A DNA stretch of 64,000 bases from an uncultured Chloroflexia bacterium (GTDB lineage: Bacteria; Chloroflexota; Chloroflexia; QHBQ01; JADMIH01), in contig CAWCNY010000002.1 in NCBI GenBank assembly GCA_963797095.1, forward strand, positions 352,001 to 416,000, given 5' to 3'. The position numbers were made by a program, and so were the translations under genes. Below the pieces are notes generated by a model. It worked only from the letters and a program-made list of their open reading frames with translations. It did no database searches and was not told the origin of the DNA. This document shows positions 18,689 through 26,617 of this stretch, piece after piece; position 1 is the stretch's first letter; the number at the start of each line of letters is the position of its first letter.

Positions 18689-19556
18689 GGTTCTTCAGAG
18701 TGCTCTGCCATACCGCTTGAAGGGGTGCGTAGCTGAGTAGGATTAATCCCTCCCGCCGGATTAGCTGGGCGGCTTCGGCGGAGGTAAGAAAATCGTAATC
18801 TGCCTGGCGAAACCCGTTGCCTGTTGGCTCTATCGCTTGTAACTCGGCATTTTGAAGGCCGGGATGGACTGCCCATTCGTTTAACCCTGCGGGCAAATCA
18901 CGCAGCAGTTGAGCATAGATGGCGGGTTGGTCCCTGGGGTCCAGGCTTGAGCTGTCCAGGAAATCGTAATCGTTGCATGGCAAGCCCTGGCCTTGCACTT
19001 TTTCAATCCAGGGGCGACTGAAGACTCGGAGCGCAAGGCCGTATTCTTTCGCCAATCCGAGCATTATATCGAAAATGTCAGTCCTCTGCCCCATGCGTAG
19101 GGAGTGCCAATCGAGATGGGTGGGCTTGAGATTGGCTGCCAGCACTGCTTCGATCTGCGCCCTGAATTCCATTTCAAGCTCATCCAGTTTGACGTGAGCC
19201 AGAAACTCGTGCATGCGCTCGAAGTTGTAGAAATAGCCTGCTTCGTTGATAAGGGAGGGCACTATGTGCCGGGGGGTTAGCGGGCGCCAGGCATAGTTGA
19301 ATGCATCAGAGAGGACTGTAAGGTGAACGCCAAAGGCGATGCCGGGGTTTTGCGCGAGGAAATTCATAGCGTGCAAAGCCCAGGGGCACGGGACCATTAA
19401 GGTCGTGGACTGTGCTATACCCCCAAGGAGGGTGCCGGAAACGGCCGCATTGATGGCATGGCACATTCCGAAATCATCGGCGTTGATGATTAGCAGGCGG
19501 GCATCGTCGGGAAAGCCTAATCGCTTGTTTGTATCGCTTTTGTTCAGGTGGCTCAT
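18678..19556 (-). CDS. ChbG/YdjC-family carbohydrate deacetylase
   Basis: Motifs LIINADDFG, GVHLT, PTHLDWH, VHPG. The start is uncertain (19556 or 19565); the longer ORF extends into heptamer repeats. Confidence 0.85.
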   Translation of the reverse strand: MSHLNKSDTNKRLGFPDDARLLIINADDFGMCHAINAAVSGTLLGGIAQSTTLMVPCPWALHAMNFLAQNPGIAFGVHLTVLSDAFNYAWRPLTPRHIVPSLINEAGYFYNFERMHEFLAHVKLDELEMEFRAQIEAVLAANLKPTHLDWHSLRMGQRTDIFDIMLGLAKEYGLALRVFSRPWIEKVQGQGLPCNDYDFLDSSSLDPRDQPAIYAQLLRDLPAGLNEWAVHPGLQNAELQAIEPTGNGFRQADYDFLTSAEAAQLIRREGLILLSYAPLQAVWQSTLKNHAK

Positions 19557-19716
19557 TGGTGGCATTATGACGGACCGGTGACGAGTGACGAGTGGCGAGT
19601 ATGATAGTTGTTCGTGGTTTCGGTTGTTGGCGAAAAGCGAAGGACGAAAGCTTTGGGACGTTGGTCCTTTGTCTTTCGTCCTTGGTTGCCTCCCAGGAAG
19701 GGGAGGAAAGAGTGCG

Positions 19717-19981
19717 CCGTGCACCCTTTTCCGATAACAGCACTCCGGCTTGCAACCTGCCAGCCTGCTCGAACCAGGCTACCCCACGACACCCGAGAGG
19801 AACTATTTACCGCTGCTTCCTTCCGGACCTGACGGGATTCATAGGCTCACGCCGCGTAGGACCCGGTTGTCAACGCTGCTTAACAGGCGCAGTCCCACAA
19901 TGCCGTACCTCGAAAGGGATTTCAACCCCGCTGAGGCGAGTTGCGGGTTACAGGGCATCGCCAGTTCCCCGTCTAGCACGG
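19717..19981 (-). ncRNA. ffs: Signal recognition particle RNA, large bacterial type (with Alu domain)
   Basis: Minus strand CCGTGCTAGACGGGGAACTGGCGATGCCCTGTAACCCGCAA..GTCAGGTCCGGAAGGAAGCAGC..GGGTGCACGG; the 5' and 3' ends pair; TTGACA-N18-TAAGAT upstream. Confidence 0.93.
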
Positions 19982-20080
19982 TGTAATTGATCTTACCGAA
20001 TTGGGTGCATTACTGTCAAGGTGACGAGTGGCGAGTCAGGGTCTATTCAAAGTCGGTGAATGCAGTGCCAAGTTGGAGTA

Positions 20081-20109
20081 TGTCATTCTGAGCGCAGCGA
20101 AGAATGACA
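20081..20109. repeat. REP-like short repeat
   Basis: TGTCATTCTGAGCGCAGCGAAGAATGACA, related to 6495-6520. Confidence 0.5.
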
Positions 20110-20595
20110 AGGCGTAGTTGGCTCTCTTGCAATCAGCATCTTCCCGACTTTGAATAGACCCTGGTGGCGAGTGGTGGGTAGTCGGTAGTGGGTAGTCGGA
20201 GGGTGGGGGATGGGAGGATTGGCATAGGAAATCTTTGCTATGTGAATGCTTGCTGCACTGCACGCAGGGTTAGTACGCGTAGTCGTTGCGGGGATCTTCC
20301 GGTGTGCAACACAAAAGGTACTACGCCGTTGCTAATGCAATGGTATTAGGAAGCAGGTACTAAGGCAATTAACACCTATTGGTAATGTGCTTTCCTCATA
20401 TTGCCCTTATGATTTTCTATCGAGAGGCCATCTTACGGGGCTTCTCCGCGAAAAACCAAAATAGTTTGCGCGTTTCAGACAACCTTGATCTTATGAGATC
20501 ACCGCTGCCCGACCGCATACCGGCTCCTTTACGTGCTCTGAGTTTTACCGGTATCGTCTTCTTCACGGTTTCTGAAATAGCTGAGAAGGAACAAG

Positions 20596-23274
20596 ATGAT
20601 CTTTCGATTGTTGAAGAAGACGCGGTCAGTAAACTGGACATTCCACTTACTGCTGGCGACCTGTCTGATCCTCCCTCTCCTGGCTCTACAACCGAATCTG
20701 CGCGAGGCAACGGCCTATGCTCACCCGACGTTGCTCGATATGGCTGCAACTCAGCCCGACGCGCAGGTGAAGGTGATCGTGCAGAAGACCTCATCAAATG
20801 CGGACGTGGAGAGCGCTCTCCCGGCGCTAGGTGGATTCGTCACCAAAGACCTGAGCATCATCAATGCCTTCTCGGCCCAATTGCCCGCCAGGTCAGTGCC
20901 CGCTCTTGCCATGCAAGATGGGGTGCGCTGGATATCTCCCGATGCTCCCGTAGCGCAGTCGGCAGGCTCGCAGCAGACTTATAATACGACTACCTGGGCC
21001 ACGGAAATGGGCAGCATACCTGCCAATCAAAGCAACTCCAGCTTCAACAGCACATCCATATCGTCGGGGCGCTATATCTGGTTCAACAGCATGATCAAGG
21101 TGACCGGTATCAGTTATTCGGTCCCTACCACGGTCTATTATGACGATGTTACTGTGCAGTTCTCGTTCAGCGGCACCGACTATACGCTCAATATGCCCAG
21201 CTCCGTACTTACCTTCGACCCCAGCCTCCACTCCTGGGAAGGTTCGACCACATACGACGACGTGAACGGCCAATGGCTAACCACGGTTCCGGAGGATTAC
21301 GACTCTGAAGAAACTTTCCTGACCGGCCTGGCTTATAAGGTGCCGGTCAACTTCCCAGGCTCAATCAATAACGTTACCTGGGCAGGGCGCTTCACCACCG
21401 ATACACCCGGAGTTAGCATCAGTTATTGGAAGTGGTCTGCTGCCACATACCCTGTGCTCCCCAGCGACTACAATGCGCTGGGCGTGAAGCCATGTACCGA
21501 CAACTGGTGCAGCAGCAGCTACCATAATACCGACGCGGCGGGCACACCTGAAGGGTATAAGTACACGGTTGTTTCGGGCGCTCGCGGCACAGGCGGCACG
21601 AACTATACAGGCTCGTTCAGCAGCGCCCAATCGCTTGCTCCTGTAGTGCTGTTCAAGAACCTGAACAACACGATTGACGCGCCCGAAGGCCCCAACGGCA
21701 CCTACGGGTCCGCCGGGTCAACGATGGGCTATTTCACCGGCTTCTCAGGCGAGCGGACGCCAGATACGACCATCACCAAAGTTGAGGCCGCGTTGCGCTT
21801 CTACGTGCCGTCGTCCATCAGCGCCGATGTACGCGTGACGCCTATAGTGGACAACAGCGCAGGCAGCACTTTTACCGCCAGCCGGTCGGTATTCAACGCT
21901 CATGTTGGGCAATCGAACGCTTACACCTACTACGTTGACATCACCTCTGCGCGCTCCTGGCAGTGGGCTGATTTCGACAAATCGGTGCAGATCAAAATAG
22001 ACCAAAGCTCGCTGAATTCCGACTCCACCGTCTATTACGATGCGGTTGGTCTGCGGGTCACTTACAGCACAGGGAGCGATGACAGCGCGGTTATTAATTC
22101 CACTGATGGCACAACCGCTCCCGTTGACATCAGCAACCTCACCAACGTCTATAACCAGTCGATCCGGGCTACTGATGTGTGGAATATGACCCACGGCGAC
22201 CTGGGCCAGGGCGTGAACATAGCGGTGGTGGATAGCGGTATCATCAAGCATAAAGACCTCAAGGGAAATATCATAGGATCGGTCAATTTCAATTCAGGCC
22301 AGCACTCCTCGGTTGATGCCTACGGGCATGGCACGTTCGTGGCGGACATCATAGCAGGCACCGGCAAGCAATCGCGCGGTAAGTATATGGGTGTGGCACC
22401 CAAGGCAGGCCTGATAAGCGTGCGCGTGAGCGACGACCAGGGTATGTCCACGGAATCGGATGTGGTGGCGGGCTTGCAGTGGATATACAGGAACAAGAAC
22501 CGCTACAACATCAAGGTAGTCAATATATCGCTCAACTCTTCGGTGGCGCAGTCGTATCACACCAGCCCAATGTGCGCCGCCGCCGAGATACTCTGGTTCA
22601 ACGGCATTGTGGTGGTGGTGTCGGCGGGCAATAACGGCTCGGCCAATCTCTACCCGCCCGCCAACGACCCATTCGTAATCACCGTGGGCGCGGTAGACGA
22701 TCATGGCACAACCTCGCTTCTCGACGATACAATGGCGAGTTTCTCGGCCTACGGTACTGTGGATGGCGTCGCGAAGCCCGACCTGGTAGCACCGGGCAGA
22801 AACATCATAGCGCTGCTGCCCAGCAACAGCCGCACAACCATCTCGGAAGACCACCCGAACAATCGCGTCAACGCCAACTACTTCCGCATGTCGGGCACAT
22901 CTATGGCCGCACCAATAGTGAGCGGTGCGGTGGCCCTCCTGTTGAAAGATGAGCCGAACCTCAACCCCGACCAGGTGAAATACCGCCTGAAGGCTACCGC
23001 CAGGACCAACCTTACAGGCTGGCTGGCATACAACGCCACCAAGGCAGGCGCAGGCTACCTCGATATATATGCCGCCGTCACAGGCAACACCACCCAGACG
23101 GCCAATACCGGTATTCGAGCCAGCCAACTCCTATGGAGCGGCCAGGACCCGATAACATGGGGTACGGTGAACTGGTCGTCCGTCAATTGGAGCACTGTGA
23201 ACTGGTCGTCTGTCAATTGGAGCACTGTCAATTGGTCCTCGGTGAACTGGTCCAGCGATACCTGGGAACCATGA
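20596..23274 (+). CDS. Secreted S8 (subtilisin-like) serine peptidase with large insert and C-terminal Trp repeats
   Basis: Signal peptide; catalytic motifs AVVDSG, YGHGTFVA, SAGN, MSGTSMAAP; C-terminus (WSSVN/WSTVN)n. Confidence 0.92.
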   Translation: MIFRLLKKTRSVNWTFHLLLATCLILPLLALQPNLREATAYAHPTLLDMAATQPDAQVKVIVQKTSSNADVESALPALGGFVTKDLSIINAFSAQLPARSVPALAMQDGVRWISPDAPVAQSAGSQQTYNTTTWATEMGSIPANQSNSSFNSTSISSGRYIWFNSMIKVTGISYSVPTTVYYDDVTVQFSFSGTDYTLNMPSSVLTFDPSLHSWEGSTTYDDVNGQWLTTVPEDYDSEETFLTGLAYKVPVNFPGSINNVTWAGRFTTDTPGVSISYWKWSAATYPVLPSDYNALGVKPCTDNWCSSSYHNTDAAGTPEGYKYTVVSGARGTGGTNYTGSFSSAQSLAPVVLFKNLNNTIDAPEGPNGTYGSAGSTMGYFTGFSGERTPDTTITKVEAALRFYVPSSISADVRVTPIVDNSAGSTFTASRSVFNAHVGQSNAYTYYVDITSARSWQWADFDKSVQIKIDQSSLNSDSTVYYDAVGLRVTYSTGSDDSAVINSTDGTTAPVDISNLTNVYNQSIRATDVWNMTHGDLGQGVNIAVVDSGIIKHKDLKGNIIGSVNFNSGQHSSVDAYGHGTFVADIIAGTGKQSRGKYMGVAPKAGLISVRVSDDQGMSTESDVVAGLQWIYRNKNRYNIKVVNISLNSSVAQSYHTSPMCAAAEILWFNGIVVVVSAGNNGSANLYPPANDPFVITVGAVDDHGTTSLLDDTMASFSAYGTVDGVAKPDLVAPGRNIIALLPSNSRTTISEDHPNNRVNANYFRMSGTSMAAPIVSGAVALLLKDEPNLNPDQVKYRLKATARTNLTGWLAYNATKAGAGYLDIYAAVTGNTTQTANTGIRASQLLWSGQDPITWGTVNWSSVNWSTVNWSSVNWSTVNWSSVNWSSDTWEP

Positions 23275-23305
23275 TAACCTGATAATCCTTCCTTCCCTAA
23301 GCAAC

Positions 23306-23363
23306 CCCACAAGGGGTGTAAGAGCAGAGTAGTCTCCTCGTTGCTCTTACGCCCCTTGTGGGA
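23306..23363. terminator. Long hairpin downstream of the S8 peptidase
   Basis: CCCACAAGGGGTGTAAGAGCA..TGCTCTTACGCCCCTTGTGGG. Confidence 0.6.
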
Positions 23364-23392
23364 TTCCGGTCTCTGATACATCTCCAGACCGA

Positions 23393-23421
23393 TTGACTGT
23401 GTTGTGCCAATGGGATATAGT
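23393..23421 (+). promoter_or_regulatory. Sigma70-type promoter TTGACT-N17-TATAGT
   Basis: Near-consensus hexamers with 17-bp spacing, upstream of the leader ORF and the RIO1 gene. Confidence 0.65.
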
Positions 23422-23463
23422 TGTGGCGCAAGAGGCAAACCAACCCGCAGGAGGCGATGGCAG

Positions 23464-23535
23464 ATGAGAAATGTGAATACTAACACCGCCTTGAATAGTG
23501 GCCTTCCATTTGATGGGAGTCGCGCCTCTGCATAG
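23464..23535 (+). CDS. Putative leader peptide MRNVNTNTALNSGLPFDGSRASA
   Basis: AGGAGG at 23449-23454 lies 9 nt upstream; the ORF sits between the promoter and terminator hairpins. Confidence 0.4.
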   Translation: MRNVNTNTALNSGLPFDGSRASA

Positions 23536-23562
23536 TATTATATCTTCGCTTGTGATTATTGC

Positions 23563-23670
23563 GGCTGTGTGCGCTCTCCGGCACACGGCTTTTTGTTTCT
23601 CCTGAGCGCGCACCGGGCGACGCCTGCGAGAGGGGCTGTGGCGATGGAACGCCAGGGCCTCTTTTGTTTG
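23563..23670 (+). terminator. Two intrinsic-terminator-like hairpins in the RIO1 leader
   Basis: GCTGTGTGC..GCACACGGC-TTTTTGTTT and GAGGGGCTGTGGCG..CGCCAGGGCCTC-TTTTGTTT. Confidence 0.5.
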
Positions 23671-23704
23671 ATTACAGGATTCAGCACACAGGAGAAACAC
23701 CACC

Positions 23705-24667
23705 TTGCGTTACAAATGGAATTACCAGGACGAACTGGAAGAATACCTGGACGATAGGCCGCAAAAGCTCGCGAAGCCGAGGCCGCATCGCAGGCACGCC
23801 CGCGAAGAGATCGTAGCCACCCTGGTCGAGCGCGGCGACGACACCAGGCAGGGCTTCGACCCGTCTTTCGGCTCTAGATCAGCCGAGAAGCACAATGTAT
23901 CGCGTCACGAGCGCGCATGGATAATCGAATATCTCAGCGGGTTCTACGAAGACCACCAGATAATCGACGTGGTCAAGCCGGTCAAAGGCGGCAAGGAGGC
24001 CACCGTCTACTGCTGCCTGGCCGGGCCGTCAGTGGGTGCAGAGTTTGTGGCCGCCAAGCTTTATCGCCCACGCATCTTCCGCAACCTGCGCAACAACTCG
24101 CTTTACAGGATGGGCCGGGATATGGTCGATGAGCAGGGGAAGACCTCGTTTAAGCGTCGCGAAGCGCTGGCGCTGGCTAAGGGCACGCGTTTTGGGCGCG
24201 ACCTGCGCCAGCTTGCCTGGGCCGGGCAGGAGGTGGCGGCCCTCGAACGCCTCAGCGAGGCGGGAGCCGACGTACCCCGCGTCTATGCCTATACCGACCA
24301 CGCCATCCTGATGGATTACTACGGCGTGGCCGACCTGGCCGCGCCCACTCTGATCAATGTCACTTTGCGCGGGAAAGAGGCTCGCCCCCTGTTTGATCGC
24401 GTCGTGTACAACATCGACTTGATGCTGGCGAGCGGTCTGATTCATGGCGATTTGTCGGCGCACAACATTCTCTACTGGCAGGGCGAGATCAAGCTGATCG
24501 ACTTTCCGCAGGCGATCGATCCGAACGTGAACCCTTACGCTTATGGCATATTCGTGCGCGACGTGGCGCGGGTTTGCCAGTACTTCGAGCGATATGGTAT
24601 CAGGGAGGCCCCCGAACGGCTGGCGGCGGATATATGGGCCAGGCATGTTCTCACGATGGAAGAATAG
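23705..24667 (+). CDS. RIO1-family atypical Ser/Thr kinase/ATPase
   Basis: Motifs VKGGKEATVY, AAKLYRP, LIHGDLSAHNIL, IDFPQA, RDV; TTG start with RBS AGGAGA. Confidence 0.9.
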   Translation: MRYKWNYQDELEEYLDDRPQKLAKPRPHRRHAREEIVATLVERGDDTRQGFDPSFGSRSAEKHNVSRHERAWIIEYLSGFYEDHQIIDVVKPVKGGKEATVYCCLAGPSVGAEFVAAKLYRPRIFRNLRNNSLYRMGRDMVDEQGKTSFKRREALALAKGTRFGRDLRQLAWAGQEVAALERLSEAGADVPRVYAYTDHAILMDYYGVADLAAPTLINVTLRGKEARPLFDRVVYNIDLMLASGLIHGDLSAHNILYWQGEIKLIDFPQAIDPNVNPYAYGIFVRDVARVCQYFERYGIREAPERLAADIWARHVLTMEE

Positions 24668-24705
24668 GGGTTTGGGGACGCTGAAACGAAGCCGGGTTCA
24701 ATGAC

Positions 24706-24737
24706 AAACAACCGCCTCCATAAGGGGCGGTTGTTTT
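24706..24737. terminator. Bidirectional terminator between RIO1 and the tRNA cluster
   Basis: AAACAACCGCCTC-CATAA-GGGGCGGTTGTTTT. Confidence 0.65.
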
Positions 24738-24738
24738 G

Positions 24739-24827
24739 TGGCGGAGAGGGTGGGATTCGAACCCACGACGGATTTTACCCGTACCCGCTTTCCAGGCGAG
24801 CGCCCTAGGCCACTAGGCGACCTCTCC
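24739..24827 (-). tRNA. tRNA-Ser(GGA)
   Basis: GGAGAGG acceptor stem; anticodon arm CTCGC-CTGGAAA-GCGGG; long variable arm; GGTTCGAATCC; encoded CCA. Confidence 0.95.
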
Positions 24828-24919
24828 ACAACTCGGATTGCGATTTTAGATTTCGGATTTAGCGTTCGGTTTCGGGGCTTAATCCCCAATCCTACGTCTA
24901 AAATCCGAAATAGAGCGGG

Positions 24920-25009
24920 CGGAGAGGGTGGGATTCGAACCCACGGAGAGCTTTTCAAACCCTCACTCGTTTTCGAGACGAGCTCCATCAACCGCTCGGA
25001 CACCTCTCC
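24920..25009 (-). tRNA. tRNA-Ser(CGA)
   Basis: Anticodon arm CTCGT-CTCGAAA-ACGAG; long variable arm; the 3' end reads GCCC, so CCA is not fully encoded. Confidence 0.93.
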
Positions 25010-25071
25010 CGGTGAAAAAGGGCCAACCTTTGTGGGGCTGACCCTCTCGCTGCACTACGTCTGGGTGCAGT

Positions 25072-25147
25072 TGGCGTGCCTGGAGGGGCTCGAACCCCCG
25101 TCCTTTGGGTCCGCAACCCAACGCTCTATCCACTGAGCTACAGGCAC
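25072..25147 (-). tRNA. tRNA-Arg(GCG)
   Basis: GTGCCTGTAGCTCAGTGGATAGAGCG-TTGGG-TTGCGGA-CCCAA..GGTTCGAGCCC..CAGGCACGCCA. Confidence 0.92.
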
Positions 25148-25169
25148 CCGCTCGCTTTGCAGCACCCCA

Positions 25170-25198
25170 ATTATATCAGATGGCCCCCTTGATTGCAA
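25170..25198 (-). promoter_or_regulatory. Sigma70 promoter of the tRNA operon, TTGCAA-N17-TATAAT
   Basis: Consensus -10 and 17-bp spacer, 22 bp upstream of tRNA-Arg. Confidence 0.7.
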
Positions 25199-25238
25199 CC
25201 TTGACTCCTCTGCTACTACTATGCTATTAATCCATGCT

Positions 25239-26567
25239 ATGCCAGCGACCTACAGAGACACAGTTCTTGATATTTTGCATGCCGCGTTCAGCGCAGACCC
25301 TTACGCCGCGACGCTCGCGGCTTTGACGGGAGATCCGCGCGTTCAAAAAGTTCTTAAGTCGCTTCCTGCCAACGGCAGGATATATGTAGTGGGGGCGGGT
25401 AAGGCCGGCGCGACTATGGCCCATGCGGTCGAAGATACTTTGCGCTATCGCATTACGTCGGGGCTGATTATTGTCAAAGATGGGCATGCATCCACAGGTG
25501 GCGCGCCTCTCCGGTATATTTCCGTGCGCGAGGCTGCGCACCCTCTACCGGATGCCCGTGGCGTAGCGGCTACCGCCGAGCTTTTGAGGATTGTGCAGAG
25601 CGCTGGCGAGGGCGACCTTGTGATCTGCCTGATCTCAGGAGGCGGCTCTGCGCTGCTCACACAGCCGACGGAGGGTATTACCCTGGAGGATGTGCAGGCG
25701 GTCACGGACGAAATGCTCAAATCGGGTGCGTCGATCAACGAGTTGAATGGAGTCCGCAAGCATCTCAGTGGCGTGTCGGGCGGGCAATTGGCTCGTATTG
25801 CCTCCCCGGCCTCGGTGCTCTCTCTTATCCTCAGCGACGTAGTAGGCTCGCCGCTGGATGTGATCGCTTCAGGCCCCACAGTGCCCGACCCTACCTCTTA
25901 CTCGTATGCGCTTGCTACGCTGGAACGCTACGACCTGCTGGGTCATGTTCCTCCCATGGTAGTGTCTCGACTGCGTGCCGGGCTGGCCCAATTGCTTCCG
26001 GAAACACCGAAGCCCGGCGATTCGATCTTCGGTGCGGTGACGAACGTGCTTGTAGCCAGCAATGTGCAGGCTGTGGAGGCTGCCGCGGAGTTGGCTCGCG
26101 GGCACGGTCTGAATACGGTGATCGTCTCGACATATTTGGAGGGTGAAGCGCGCGAAGTTGGGCGAGTGCTGGCGGGCATGGCGCGTGAAATAGCGCAGTA
26201 TGGCAGGCCCATACAGCGTCCGGCGTGTCTCGTGTTCGGGGGCGAAACGACCGTTACGGTGCGAGGTAAGGGGATTGGGGGGCGCAACAGCGAGCTTGCC
26301 CTCAGCGCAGCCTTGCATATACGGGGTCTCGGTGCTCGCGTGATCGTGGCGTCGGTGGCAACCGACGGCGGCGATGGCCCCTCGCCCGGCGCGGGCGCTA
26401 TCGTGGATGGTACCACGATAGATCGAGGGACCAAGGCAGGTCTTGACGCCCAGGCCAGCCTGGCCGACAATGACAGCTACACTTATCTCTCGCAAATACA
26501 TGATGCCCTGGTAACAGGGCCCACAGGCACAAACGTAAATGATATAATAGCGGTGTTTGTGTTCTAA
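25239..26567 (+). CDS. Glycerate 2-kinase (MOFRL/GckA/TtuD family)
   Basis: Motifs GAGKA, AAHPLPD, LISGGGSAL, LSDVVG..IASGPT, GGETTV, GGRN.E, TDG.DG, TGPTGTNVND. Confidence 0.92.
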   Translation: MPATYRDTVLDILHAAFSADPYAATLAALTGDPRVQKVLKSLPANGRIYVVGAGKAGATMAHAVEDTLRYRITSGLIIVKDGHASTGGAPLRYISVREAAHPLPDARGVAATAELLRIVQSAGEGDLVICLISGGGSALLTQPTEGITLEDVQAVTDEMLKSGASINELNGVRKHLSGVSGGQLARIASPASVLSLILSDVVGSPLDVIASGPTVPDPTSYSYALATLERYDLLGHVPPMVVSRLRAGLAQLLPETPKPGDSIFGAVTNVLVASNVQAVEAAAELARGHGLNTVIVSTYLEGEAREVGRVLAGMAREIAQYGRPIQRPACLVFGGETTVTVRGKGIGGRNSELALSAALHIRGLGARVIVASVATDGGDGPSPGAGAIVDGTTIDRGTKAGLDAQASLADNDSYTYLSQIHDALVTGPTGTNVNDIIAVFVF

Positions 26568-26617
26568 TACCGACAAGCGACAATCGACGACCGACAACTA
26601 ACGACTAGGAGCATCCA

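Noticed and set aside
19557-19724. Long N-terminus of the ChbG/YdjC ORF
   Set aside because: It runs through heptamer repeats into the SRP RNA 3' end.
20270-20365. Repeated GGTA(C/T)TA motifs upstream of the S8 peptidase as a regulator site
   Set aside because: The motifs are short and irregularly spaced, and cannot be distinguished from chance without comparative data.
23430-23465. c-di-GMP-I riboswitch suggested by GGCAAAC
   Set aside because: It lacks the GAAA tetraloop stem and the GACGCAAA continuation.
24739-25147. tRNA-anchored integrated element
   Set aside because: There is no integrase and no duplicated tRNA 3' end elsewhere; the shared 3' sequence is explained by two complete tRNA-Ser genes.
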